Below are positions 18,001-31,400 of a DNA stretch of 64,000 nt, piece after piece. How positions within the stretch are numbered: the first letter of the stretch is position 1; every line of letters starts with the position of its first letter. Origin of the DNA: Eledone cirrhosa (taxonomy: Eukaryota). The notes under the pieces are model-generated. The model was not told the DNA's origin and ran no database searches. It saw nothing but the letters and a program-made list of their open reading frames with translations. The DNA is taken from the NCBI GenBank assembly GCA_964016885.1, contig OZ024745.1:7688001-7752000 (forward strand), written 5' to 3'. The position numbers were made by a program, and so were the translations under genes.

Positions 18001-21000
18001 CATGATATTATCTACCATGACAGTGTTCATGATACTATCTACCATGACAGTGTTCATGATATTATCTACCATGACAGTGTTCATGATACTATCTACCATG
18101 ACAGTGTTCATGATATTATCTACCATGACAGTGTTCATGATATTATCTACCATGACAGTGTTCATGATATTCTCTACCATGACCGTGTTCATGATACTAT
18201 CTACAATGACAGTGTTCATGATACTATCTACCATGACAGTGTTCATGATATTATCTACCATGACAGTGTTCATGATATTATCTACCATGACAGTGTTCGT
18301 GATATTATCTACCATGACAGTGTTCATGATATTCTCTACCATGACAGTGTTAATGATATTATCTACCATGACAGTGTTCATGATATTCTCTACCATGACA
18401 GTGTTCATGATACTATCTACCATCACAGTGTTCATGATATTATCTACGATGGCAGTGTTCATGATATTATCTACCAGGACAGTGTTTATGATATTATCTA
18501 CCATGACAGTGTTCATGATATTATCTACCATGACAGTGTTAATGATATTATCTACCATGACAGTGTTCATGATATTATCTACCATGACAGTGTTCATGAT
18601 ATTATCTACCATGACAGTGTTCATGATACTATCTACCATGACAGTGTTCATGATATTATCTACCATGACAGTGTTCATGATATTATCTACCATGACAGTG
18701 TTCATGATATTATCTACCATGACAGTGTTCATGATATTATCTAACATGACAGTGTTCATGACATTATCTACCATGACAGTGTTCATGATATTATCTAACA
18801 TGACAGTGTTAATGATATTATCTACCATGACAGTGTTCATGATACTATCTACCATGACAGTGTTCATGATATTATCTACCATGACAGTGTTCATGATATT
18901 CTCTACCATGACAGTGTTCATGATATTATCTACCATGACAGTGTTCATGATATTCTCTACCATGACAGTGTTCATGATACTATCTACCATGACAGTGTTC
19001 ATGATATTATCTACCATGACAGTTTTCCTGATACTATCTACCATGACAGTGTTAATGATATTATCTACCATGACAGTGTTCCTGATATTATCTACCATGG
19101 CTGTGTTCATGATATTATCTACCATGACAGTGTTCCTGATATTATCTACCATGACAGTGTTAATGATATTATCTGCCATGACAGTGTTCATGATATTATC
19201 TACCATGACAATGTTAGTGATATTATCTACCATGACAGTGTTCATGATACTATCTACCATGACAGTGTTCATGATATTATCTACCATGACAGTGTTCATG
19301 ATATAATCTACCCAGACAGTGTTCATGATATTATCTACCATGTCAGTGTACATGATACTATCTACCGTGACAGTGTTCATGATATTATCTACCATGACAG
19401 TGTTCATGATATTACCTACCATGACAGTGTTCATGATATTATCTACCATGACAGTGTTCATGATACCATCTACTATGACAGTGTTCATGATATTATCTAC
19501 GATGACAGTGTTCGTGATACTATCTACCATGACAGTGTTCATGGTATTAACTACCATGGAAGTGTTCATGATATTATTTACCCTGACAGTGTTCATGATA
19601 CTATCTATCATGACAGTGTTCATGATATTATCTACCATGACAGTGTTCATGATATTATCTACCATGACAGTGTTCATTTATTATCTACCATGACAGTGTT
19701 CATGATATTATCTACGATGACAGTGTTCATGATACTATCTACCATGACAGTGTTCATGATGTTATCTACCATGACAGTGTTCATGATATTATCTACCATG
19801 ACTGTGTTCATGATACTATCTACCATGACAGTGTTCATGATATTATCTACCATGACAGTGTTCATGATATTATCTACCATGACAGTGTTCATGATATTAT
19901 CTACCATGACAGTGTTAATGATATTATCTACCATGACAGTGTGCATGATACTATCTACCATGACAGTGTTCATGATATTATCTACTATGACAGTGTTCAT
20001 GATATTATCTACCATGACAGTGTTCATGATATTATCTACCATGACAGTGTTCATGATATTATCTACCATGACAGTGTTCATGAGTCTATCTACCATGACA
20101 GTGTTCATGATATTATCTACCATGACAGTGTTCATGATATTATCTACCATGACAGTGTTAATGATATTATCTACCATGACAGTGTGCATGATACTATCTA
20201 CCATGACAGTGTTCATGATATTATCTACTATGACAGTGTTCATGATATTATCTACCATGACAGTGTTCATGATATTATCTACCATGACAGTGTTCATGAT
20301 ATTATCTACCATGACAGTGTTCATGAGTCTATCTACCATGACAGTGTTCATGATATTATCTACCATGACAGTGTGCATGATACTATCTACCATGACAGTG
20401 TTCATGATATTATCTACCATGACAGTGTTCATGATATTATCTACCATGACATTGTTCATGATTTTATCTACCATGACAGTGTTCATCATATTATCTACCA
20501 TGACAGTGTTCATGATATTATCTACCATGCCAGTGTTCATGTTATTATCCACCATGACAGTGTTCATGATTTTATCTACCGTGACAGTGTTCATGATATT
20601 ATCTACCATGACAGTGTTCATGATATTATCTACCATGACAGTGTTCATGATACTATGTACCGTGACAGTGTTCATGATATTATCTACCATGACAGTGTTC
20701 ATGATATTATCTACCATGACAGTGTTCATGATATTATCTACCATGACAGTGTTCATGATACTATCTACCGTGACAGTGTTCATGATATTATCTACCATGA
20801 CAGTGTTCCTGATATTATCTACCATGACAGTGTTCATGATATTATCTACCATGACAGTGTTCATGATACTATCTACCATGACAGTGTTCATGATATTATC
20901 TACCATGACAGTGTTCATGATATTATCTACCATGACAGTGTTCATGATATTATCTACCATGACAGTGTTCATGATATTATCTACGATGACAGTGTTCCTG

Positions 21001-24000
21001 ATACTATCTACCATGACAGTGTTCATGATATTATCTACCATGACAGTGTTCATGATCTTATCTACCATGACAGTGTTCATGATACTATCTACCATGACAG
21101 TGTTCATGATATTATCTACCATGACAGTGTTCATGATATTCTCTACCATGACAGTGTTCATGATACTATCTACCATGACAGTGTTCATGATATTATCTAC
21201 GATGTCAGTGTTCCTGATACTATCTACCATGACAGTGTTCATGATATTATCTACCATGACAGTGTTCATGATATTATCTACCATGACAGTGTTCATGATA
21301 TTATCTACCATGACAGTGTTCATGATATTATCTACCATGACAGTGTTCATGATATTATCTACGATGACAGTGTTCCTGATACTATCTACCATGACAGTGT
21401 TCATGATATTATCTACCATGACAGTGTTCATGATATTATCTACCACGACAGTGTTCATGATATTCTCTACCATGACAGTGTTCATGATACTATCTACAAT
21501 GACAGTGTTCATGATACTATCTACCATGACAGTGTTCATGATATTATCTACCGTGACAGTGTTCATGATATTCTCTACCATGACAGTGTTCATGATACTA
21601 TCTACAATGACAGTGTTCATGATATTATCTACCATGACAGTGTTCATGATATTATCTACCATGACAGTGTTCATGATACTATCTACCCTGACAGTGTTCA
21701 TGATATTATCTACCATGACAGTGTTCATGATACTATCTACCATGACAGTGTTCATGATATTATCTACCATGACAGTGTTCATGATATTATCTACCATGAC
21801 AGTGTTCATGATATTCTCTACCATGACAGTGTTCATGATACTATCTACAATGACAGTGTTCATGATACTATCTACCATGACAGTGTTCATGATATTATCT
21901 ACCATGACAGTGTTCATGATACTATCTACCATGACAGTGTTCATGATATTATCTACCATGACAGTGTTCATGATACTATCTACGATGACAGTGTTCATGA
22001 TATTATCTACCATGACAGTGTTCATGATATTATCTACCATGACAGTGTTCATGATATTCTCTACCATGACCGTGTTCATGATACTATCTACAATGACAGT
22101 GTTCATGATACTATCTACCATGACAGTGTTCATGATATTATCTACCATGACAGTGTTCATGATATTATCTACCATGACAGTGTTCGTGATATTATCTACC
22201 ATGACAGTGTTCATGATATTCTCTACCATGACAGTGTTAATGATATTATCTACCATGACAGTGTTCATGATATTCTCTACCATGACAGTGTTCATGATAC
22301 TATCTACCATCACAGTGTTCATGATATTATCTACGATGGCAGTGTTCATGATATTATCTACCAGGACAGTGTTTATGATATTATCTACCATGACAGTGTT
22401 CATGATATTATCTACCATGACAGTGTTAATGATATTATCTACCATGACAGTGTTCATGATATTATCTACCATGACAGTGTTCATGATATTATCTACCATG
22501 ACAGTGTTCATGATATTCTCTACCATGACAGTGTTCCTGATATTATCTACCATGACAGTGTTCATGATACTATCTACCATGACAGTGTTCATGATATTAT
22601 CTACCATGACAGTGTTCATGATATTATCTACCATGACAGTGTTCATGATATTATCTACCATGACAGTGTTCATGATATTATCTAACATGACAGTGTTCAT
22701 GATATTATCTACCATGACAGTGTTCATGATATTATCTAACATGACAGTGTTAATGATATTATCTACCATGACAGTGTTCATGATACTATCTACCATGACA
22801 GTGTTCATGATATTATCTACCATGACAGTGTTCATGATATTCTCTACCATGACAGTGTTCATGATATTATCTACCATGACAGTGTTCATGATATTCTCTA
22901 CCATGACAGTGTTCATGATACTATCTACCATGACAGTGTTCATGATATTATCTACCATGACAGTGTTCCTGATATTATCTACCATGGCTGTGTTCATGAT
23001 ATTATCTACCATGACAGTGTTCATGACATTATCTACGATGACAGTGTTCATGATACTATCTACCCTGACAGTGTTAATGATATTATCTACCATGACAGTG
23101 TTCCTGATATTATCTACGATGACAGTTTTCCTGATACTATCTACCATGACAGTGTTAATGATATTATCTACCATGACAGTGTTCCTGATATTATCTACCA
23201 TGGCTGTGTTCATGATATTATCTACCATGACAGTGTTCCTGATATTATCTACCATGACAGTGTTAATGATATTATCTACCATGACAGTGTTCATGATATT
23301 ATCTACCATGACAATGTTAGTGATATTATCTACCATGACAGTGTTCATGATACTATCTACCATGACAGTGTTCATGATATTATCTACCATGACAGTGTTC
23401 ATGATATAATCTACCCAGACAGTGTTCATGATATTATCTACCATGTCAGTGTACATGATACTATCTACCGTGACAGTGTTCATGATATTATCTACCATGA
23501 CAGTGTTCATGATATTACCTACCATGACAGTGTTCATGATATTATCTACCATGACAGTGTTCATGATACCATCTACTATGACAGTGTTCATGATATTATC
23601 TACGATGACAGTGTTCGTGATACTATCTACCATGACAGTGTTCATGGTATTAACTACCATGGAAGTGTTCATGATATTATTTACCCTGACAGTGTTCATG
23701 ATACTATCTATCATGACAGTGTTCATGATATTATCTACCATGACAGTGTTCATGATATTATCTACCATGACAGTGTTCATTTATTATCTACCATGACAGT
23801 GTTCATGATATTATCTACGATGACAGTGTTCATGATACTATCTACCATGACAGTGTTCATGATGTTATCTACCATGACAGTGTTCATGATATTATCTACC
23901 ATGACTGTGTTCATGATACTATCTACCATGACAGTGTTCATGATATTATCTACCATGACAGTGTTCATGATATTATCTACCATGACAGTGTTCATGATAT

Positions 24001-26760
24001 TATCTACCATGACAGTGTTAATGATATTATCTACCATGACAGTGTGCATGATACTATCTACCATGACAGTGTTCATGATATTATCTACTATGACAGTGTT
24101 CATGATATTATCTACCATGACAGTGTTCATGATATTATCTACCATGACAGTGTTCATGATATTATCTACCATGACAGTGTTCATGAGTCTATCTACCATG
24201 ACAGTGTTCATGATATTATCTACCATGACAGTGTTCATGATATTATCTACCATGACAGTGTTAATGATATTATCTACCATGACAGTGTGCATGATACTAT
24301 CTACCATGACAGTGTTCATGATATTATCTACTATGACAGTGTTCATGATATTATCTACCATGACAGTGTTCATGATATTATCTACCATGACAGTGTTCAT
24401 GATATTATCTACCATGACAGTGTTCATGAGTCTATCTACCATGACAGTGTTCATGATATTATCTACCATGACAGTGTGCATGATACTATCTACCATGACA
24501 GTGTTCATGATATTATCTACCATGACAGTGTTCATGATATTATCTACCATGACATTGTTCATGATTTTATCTACCATGACAGTGTTCATGATATTATCTA
24601 CCATGACAGTGTTCATGATATTATCTACCATGCCAGTGTTCATGTTATTATCCACCATGACAGTGTTCATGATTTTATCTACCGTGACAGTGTTCATGAT
24701 ATTATCTACCATGACAGTGTTCATGATATTATCTACCATGACAGTGTTCATGATACTATGTACCGTGACAGTGTTCATGATATTATCTACCATGACAGTG
24801 TTCATGATATTATCTACCATGACAGTGTTCATGATATTATCTACCATGACAGTGTTCATGATACTATCTACCGTGACAGTGTTCATGATATTATCTACCA
24901 TGACAGTGTGCATGATATTATCTACCATGACAGTGTTCATGCTAATATCTACCATGCCAGTGTTCATGATATTATCTACCATGACAGTGTTCATGATATT
25001 ATCTACCGTGACAGTGTTCATGAGTCTATCTACCATGACAGTGTTCATGATATTATCTACCATGACAGTGTTCATGATATTATCTACCATGACAGTGTTC
25101 ATGATTCTATCTACAATGACAGGGTTCATGATATTATCTACCATGACAGTGTTCCTGATATTATCTCCGATGACAGTGTTCATGATATTATCTACCATGA
25201 CAGTGTTCATGATACTATCTACCCTGACAGTGTTCCTGATATTATCTACCATGACAGTGTTAATGATACTATCTACCATGTCAGTGTTAATGATATTATC
25301 TACCATGACAGTGATCCTGATGCTATCTACCATGACAGTGTTAATGATATTATCTACCATGACAGTGTTCATGGTATTATCTACCATGACAGTGTTAATG
25401 ATATTATCTACCATGACAGTGTTCATGATATTATCTACCCTGACAGTGTACATGATATTATCTACCATGACAGTGTTCCTGATATTATCTCCGATGACAG
25501 TGTTCATGATATTATCTACCATGACAGTGTTCATGATACTATCTACCCTGACAGTGTTCCTGATATTATCTACCATGACAGTGTTAATGGTACTATCTAC
25601 CATGACAGTGTTAATGATATTATCTACCATGACAGTGTTCCTGATACTATCTTCCATGACAGTGTTAATGATATTATCTACCATGACAGTGTTCATGGTA
25701 TTATCTACAATGACAGTGTTAATGATATTATCTACCATAACAGTGTTCATGATATTATCTACCCTGACAGTGTACATGATATTATCTACCATGACAGTGT
25801 TCATGATACTATCTACCATGACAGTGTTCATGATATTATCTACCATGACAGTGTTCATGATATTATCTACTATGACAGTGTTCATGATATTATCTACCGT
25901 GACAGTGTTCATGATACTATCTACCACGACAGTGTTCATGATATTATCTACCATGACAGTGTTCATGATATTATCTACCATGACAGTGTTCATGATATTA
26001 TCTACCCTGACAGTGTTCCTGATATTATCTACCATGACAGTGTTCATGATATTATCTACCATGACAGTGTTCATGATACTTTCTACCCTGACAGTGTTCC
26101 TGATATTATCTACCATGACAGTGTTCATGATACTATCTACCATGTCAGTGTTCATGAGTCTATCTATCATGACAGTGTTCATGATACTTTCTACCCTGAC
26201 AGTGTTCCTGATATTATCTACCATGACAGTGTTCATGATACTATCTACCATGTCAGTGTTCATGATACTATCTACCATGACAGTGTTCATGATATTATCT
26301 ACCATGACAGTGTTCATGATACTTTCTACCCTGACAGTGTTCCTGATATTATCTACCATGACAGTGTTCATGATACTATCTACCATGTCAGTGTTCATGA
26401 GTCTATCTACCATGACAGTGTTCCTGATACTATCTACCATGTCAGTGTTCATGAGTCTATCTATCATGACAGTGTTCATGATACTTTCTACCCTGACAGT
26501 GTTCCTGATATTATCTACCATGACAGTGTTCATGATACTATCTACCATGTCAGTGTTCATGATACTATCTACCATGACAGTGTTCATGATATTATCTACC
26601 ATGACAGTGTTCATGATACTTTCTACCCTGACAGTGTTCCTGATATTATCTACCATGACAGTGTTCATGATACTATCTACCATGTCAGTGTTCATGAGTC
26701 TATCTATCATGACAGTGTTCATGATACTTTCTACCCTGACAGTGTTCATGATATTATCTA
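1..26760. repeat. 27-bp tandem satellite, consensus ACCATGACAGTGTTCATGATATTATCT, about 990 copies, open at window start
   Basis: Seen directly. Monomers differ from consensus by about 0-3 substitutions. Non-monomer indels seen: 6-bp ATACTA duplication at about 910-921, 2-bp deletion at about 5226, 1-bp deletions at about 19678 and 23781. Array ends abruptly at about 26760. Confidence 0.99.
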
Positions 26761-27019
26761 TATTATTGAAATGCATTTAGATACGGAAATCCTTAAATAC
26801 ACATATTTATTGTTTAAATATAAATATCTATGTTAATACATATTCTCCGTAAATTATGTTCTTGGCTTAAAAGTCGATATTTTAACTCTCAAAAACATCT
26901 CTAAAGCCAGCTATCGACTTATACACTAGTTATTTAACAGGAAATGTTCAACTGGTACAACAACCATCTTATACGCAGTAAACATCGCTTACCATCACTC
27001 CAACAGGCGCGATTATATG

Positions 27020-27187
27020 AATGAGCTTCTCTATGATTGATCGAACTGCTAGAAATAGCTGCTAAATCTGTCTCCAATCTCATCTAAGCCTGTTAAAAAG
27101 GAAAGACATTGGATAATTCAGTAATAGATACATTTTATATGCAAGAAAGGCCTGGATGATTACAACTAGAACGTCCAACAACAAAAC
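27020..27187 (+). mobile_element. Degenerate copy of interspersed repeat family B (SINE-like, AAC tail)
   Basis: Motifs GAAATAGCTGCTAAAT and ACATTGGATAAT match copies at 35405-35547 (+) and 37539-37752 (-). Ends in CAACAACAAAAC. Confidence 0.6.
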
Positions 27188-27330
27188 TTGCAGCAGGCTG
27201 TCAAAAGTACTGCCACCAAATGATTGTTATAAAATATTAATTTATATAAACAAATATACTATGTGTAGGTGAAACTAGGGAAATGAGGTCCAGTGGACCC
27301 GTTGGCAAGGGCTACGGTTTGGAAGTAGCC

Positions 27331-28042
27331 TACATGTACATACACTACATGTACATACACTACATGTACATACACTACATATACATACACTACATGTACA
27401 TACACTACATGTACATAAACTACATGTACATAAACTACATGTACATACACTACATGTACATACACTACAAGTACATACACTACATGTACATACACTACAT
27501 ATACATACACTACATGTACATACACTACATGTACATACACTACATGTACATACACTACATGTACATACACTACATGTACATACACTACATGTACATACAC
27601 TACATGTACATACACTACATGTACATACACTACATGTACATACACTACATGTACATACACTACATGTACATAAACTACATGTACATACACTACATGTACA
27701 TACACTACAAGTACATACACTACATGTACATACACTACATGCACATAAACTACATGTACATACACTACATGTACATACACTACAAGTACATACACTACAT
27801 GTACATACACTACATATACATACACTACATGTACATACACTACATGTACATACACTACATGTACATACACTACATGTACATACACTACATATACATACAC
27901 TACATGTACATACACTACATGTACATACACTACATGTACATACACTACATGTACATACACTACATGTACATACACTACATGTACATACACTACATGTACA
28001 TACACTACATGTACATACACTACATGTACATACACTACATGT
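27331..28042. repeat. 15-bp minisatellite TACATGTACATACAC, about 47 copies
   Basis: Seen directly; near-perfect copies containing the palindrome TACATGTA. Confidence 0.98.
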
Positions 28043-28452
28043 TTTATATATCCATAACCTAAACAAAAATGATATATATTTATCACAGATTTGTGAAGTA
28101 AGGGTCAGTTTGAAATGTGTCCTACATGTCCCAGCGGGGTCTATAACTTACTTTACAAGGGTTACACAATGCCACACACTTTCCCCAATATTTGATACAC
28201 CATAAGCAACTAACACATTAGTGTTTACAAATGATCAGTCAGACATCTTATGTTCTCAATATCACCTGTAACACTTTATCGTACTACAACAGTTTCTACA
28301 AATTGTTGATTCTCCGCTGCAACACTAATTCCATAATTGTTTTAAAATTGGATAAATTTATAATCATTTTTACGAGATGCGTAGGTTTAAGCTTCTAAGT
28401 AATTTTGCCGTTCATTCTGAAATATGATGAAAATGGCTTTCCTCTTCTTCCT

Positions 28453-31400
28453 ATATATCCTATATTCCATCAGACATCGCTGTAACACTGCTGTCTCATC
28501 TTCCATCAGGCAATATATCCTATATTCCATCAGACATCGTTGTAACACTGCTGTCTCATCTTCCATCAGGCAATATATCCTATATTCCATCAGACATCGT
28601 TGTAACACTGCTGTCTCATCTTCCATCAGGCAATATATCATATATTCCATCAGACATCGTTGTAACACTGCTGTCTCATCATCCATCAGGCAATATATGC
28701 TATATTCCATCAGACATCGTTGTAACACTGCTGTCTCATCTTCCATCAGGCAATATATCCTATATTCCATCAGACATCGTTGTAACACTGCTGTCTCATC
28801 TTCCATCAGGCAATATATCCTATATTCCATCAGACATCCTTGTAACACTGTTGTCTCATCTTCCAATCAGACAATAGTTCCTATATTCCATCAGACATCC
28901 TTGTAACACTGTTGTCTCATCTTCCAATCAGACAATAGTTCCTATATTCCATCAGACATCGCTGTAACACTGTTGTCTCATCTTCCAATCAGGCAATATA
29001 TCCTATATTCCATCAGACATCGTTGTAACACTGTTGCCTCATCTTCCAATCAGACAATATATCCTATATTCCATCAGACATCGTTGTAACATTGCTGTCT
29101 CATCTTCCATCAGGCAATATATCCTATATTCCATCAGACATCCTTGTAACACTGTTGTATCATCTTCCAATCAGACAATAGTTCCTATATTCCATCAGAC
29201 ATCCTTGTAACACTGTTGTCTCATCTTCCAATCAGACAATAGTTCCTATATTCCATCAGACATCGCTGTAACACTGTTGTCTCATCTTCCAATCAGGCAA
29301 TATATCCTATATTCCATCAGACAACGTTGTAACACTGTTGTCTCATCTTCCAATCAGACAATATATCCTATATTACATCAGACATCCTTGTAACACTGTT
29401 GTCTAATACTCCAATCAGACAATATATCCTATATTCCATCAGACCACCTTGTAACCCTGTTTTCTCATGTTCCAATCAGACAATAGTTTCTATATTCCAT
29501 CAGACATCCTTGTAACACTGTTGTCTCATCTTCCAATCAGACAATATATCCTATATTCCATCAGACATAATTGTAACACTGCTGTCTCATCTTCCAATCA
29601 GACAATATATCCTATATTCCATCAGACATCCTTGTAACTCTGTTGTCTCATCTTCCAATCAGACAATATATCCTATATTCCATCAGACATCCTTGTAACA
29701 CTGTTGTCTCATCTTCTAATGAGACAATATATCCTATATTCAATCAGACATCCTTGTAACACTGTTGTCTCCTCTTCCAATCAAACAATAGTTCCTATAT
29801 TCCATCAGACATCCTTGTAACACTGTTGTCTCATCTTCCAATAAGACATTATATCCTATATTCCATCAGACATTCTTGTAACACTGTTGTCTCATCTTCC
29901 AATTAGACAATAGTTCCTATATTCCATCAGACATCGTTGTAACACTGTTGTCTCATCTTCCAATCAGACAATATATCCTATATTCCATCAGACATCGTTG
30001 TAACACTGTTGTCTCATCTTCTAATGAGACAATACATCCTATATTCCATCAGACATCCTTTAACACTGTTGTCTCATCTTCTAATGAGACAATATATCCT
30101 ATATTCCACCAGACATCCTTGTAACACTGCTGTCTCATCTTCCAATCAGACAATAGTTCCAATATTCCATCAGACATCCTTGTAACACTGTTGTCTCATC
30201 TTCCAATCAGACAATAGTTCCTATATTCCATCAGACATCGCTGTAACACTGTTGTCTCATCTTCCAATCAGGCAATATATCCTATATTCCATCAGACATC
30301 GTTGTAACACTGTTGCCTCATCTTCCAATCAGACAATATATCCTATATTCCATCAGACATCGTTGTAACATTGCTGTCTCATCTTCCATCAGGCAATATA
30401 TCCTATATTCCATCAGACATCCTTGTAACACTGTTGTCTCATCTTCCAATCAGACAATAGTTCCTATATTCCATCAGACATCCTTGTAACACTGTTGTCT
30501 CATCTTCCAATCAGACAATAGTTCCTATATTCCATCAGACATCGCTGTAACACTGTTGTCTCATCTTCCAATCAGGCAATATATCCTATATTCCATCAGA
30601 CAACGTTGTAACACTGTTGTCTCATCTTCCAATCAGACAATATATCCTATATTACATCAGACATCCTTGTAACACTGTTGTCTAATACTCCAATCAGACA
30701 ATATATCCTATATTCCATCAGACCACCTTGTAACCCTGTTTTCTCATGTTCCAATCAGACAATAGTTTCTATATTCCATCAGACATCCTTGTAACACTGT
30801 TGTCTCATCTTCCAATCAGACAATATATCCTATATTCCATCAGACATAATTGTAACACTGCTGTCTCATCTTCCAATCAGACAATATATCCTATATTCCA
30901 TCAGACATCCTTGTAACTCTGTTGTCTCATCTTCCAATCAGACAATATATCCTATATTCCATCAGACATCCTTGTAACACTGTTGTCTCATCTTCTAATG
31001 AGACAATATATCCTATATTCAATCAGACATCCTTGTAACACTGTTGTCTCCTCTTCCAATCAAACAATAGTTCCTATATTCCATCAGACATCCTTGTAAC
31101 ACTGTTGTCTCATCTTCCAATAAGACATTATATCCTATATTCCATCAGACATTCTTGTAACACTGTTGTCTCATCTTCCAATTAGACAATAGTTCCTATA
31201 TTCCATCAGACATCGTTGTAACACTGTTGTCTCATCTTCCAATCAGACTAAATATATCCTATATTCCATCAGACATCGTTGTAACACTGTTGTCTCATCT
31301 TCTAATGAGACAATACATCCTATATTCCATCAGACATCCTTTAACACTGTTGTCTCATCTTCTAATGAGACAATATATCCTATATTCCACCAGACATCCT

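Noticed and set aside
4-26836. Giant ORFs (up to 4821 aa) as real CDS
   Set aside because: They overlap in three frames on both strands, consist purely of 9-aa repeats from a stop-free 27-mer, have no unique domains and are broken by frameshifts.
27259-28086. Cys-rich (CTCSV)n or His/Tyr-rich ORFs as metallothionein-like proteins
   Set aside because: Translations of a near-perfect 15-bp minisatellite that is open in several frames.
28387-28906. 20-aa repeat ORFs
   Set aside because: They exist only where the satellite unit is 60 bp and are lost when it becomes 61 bp.
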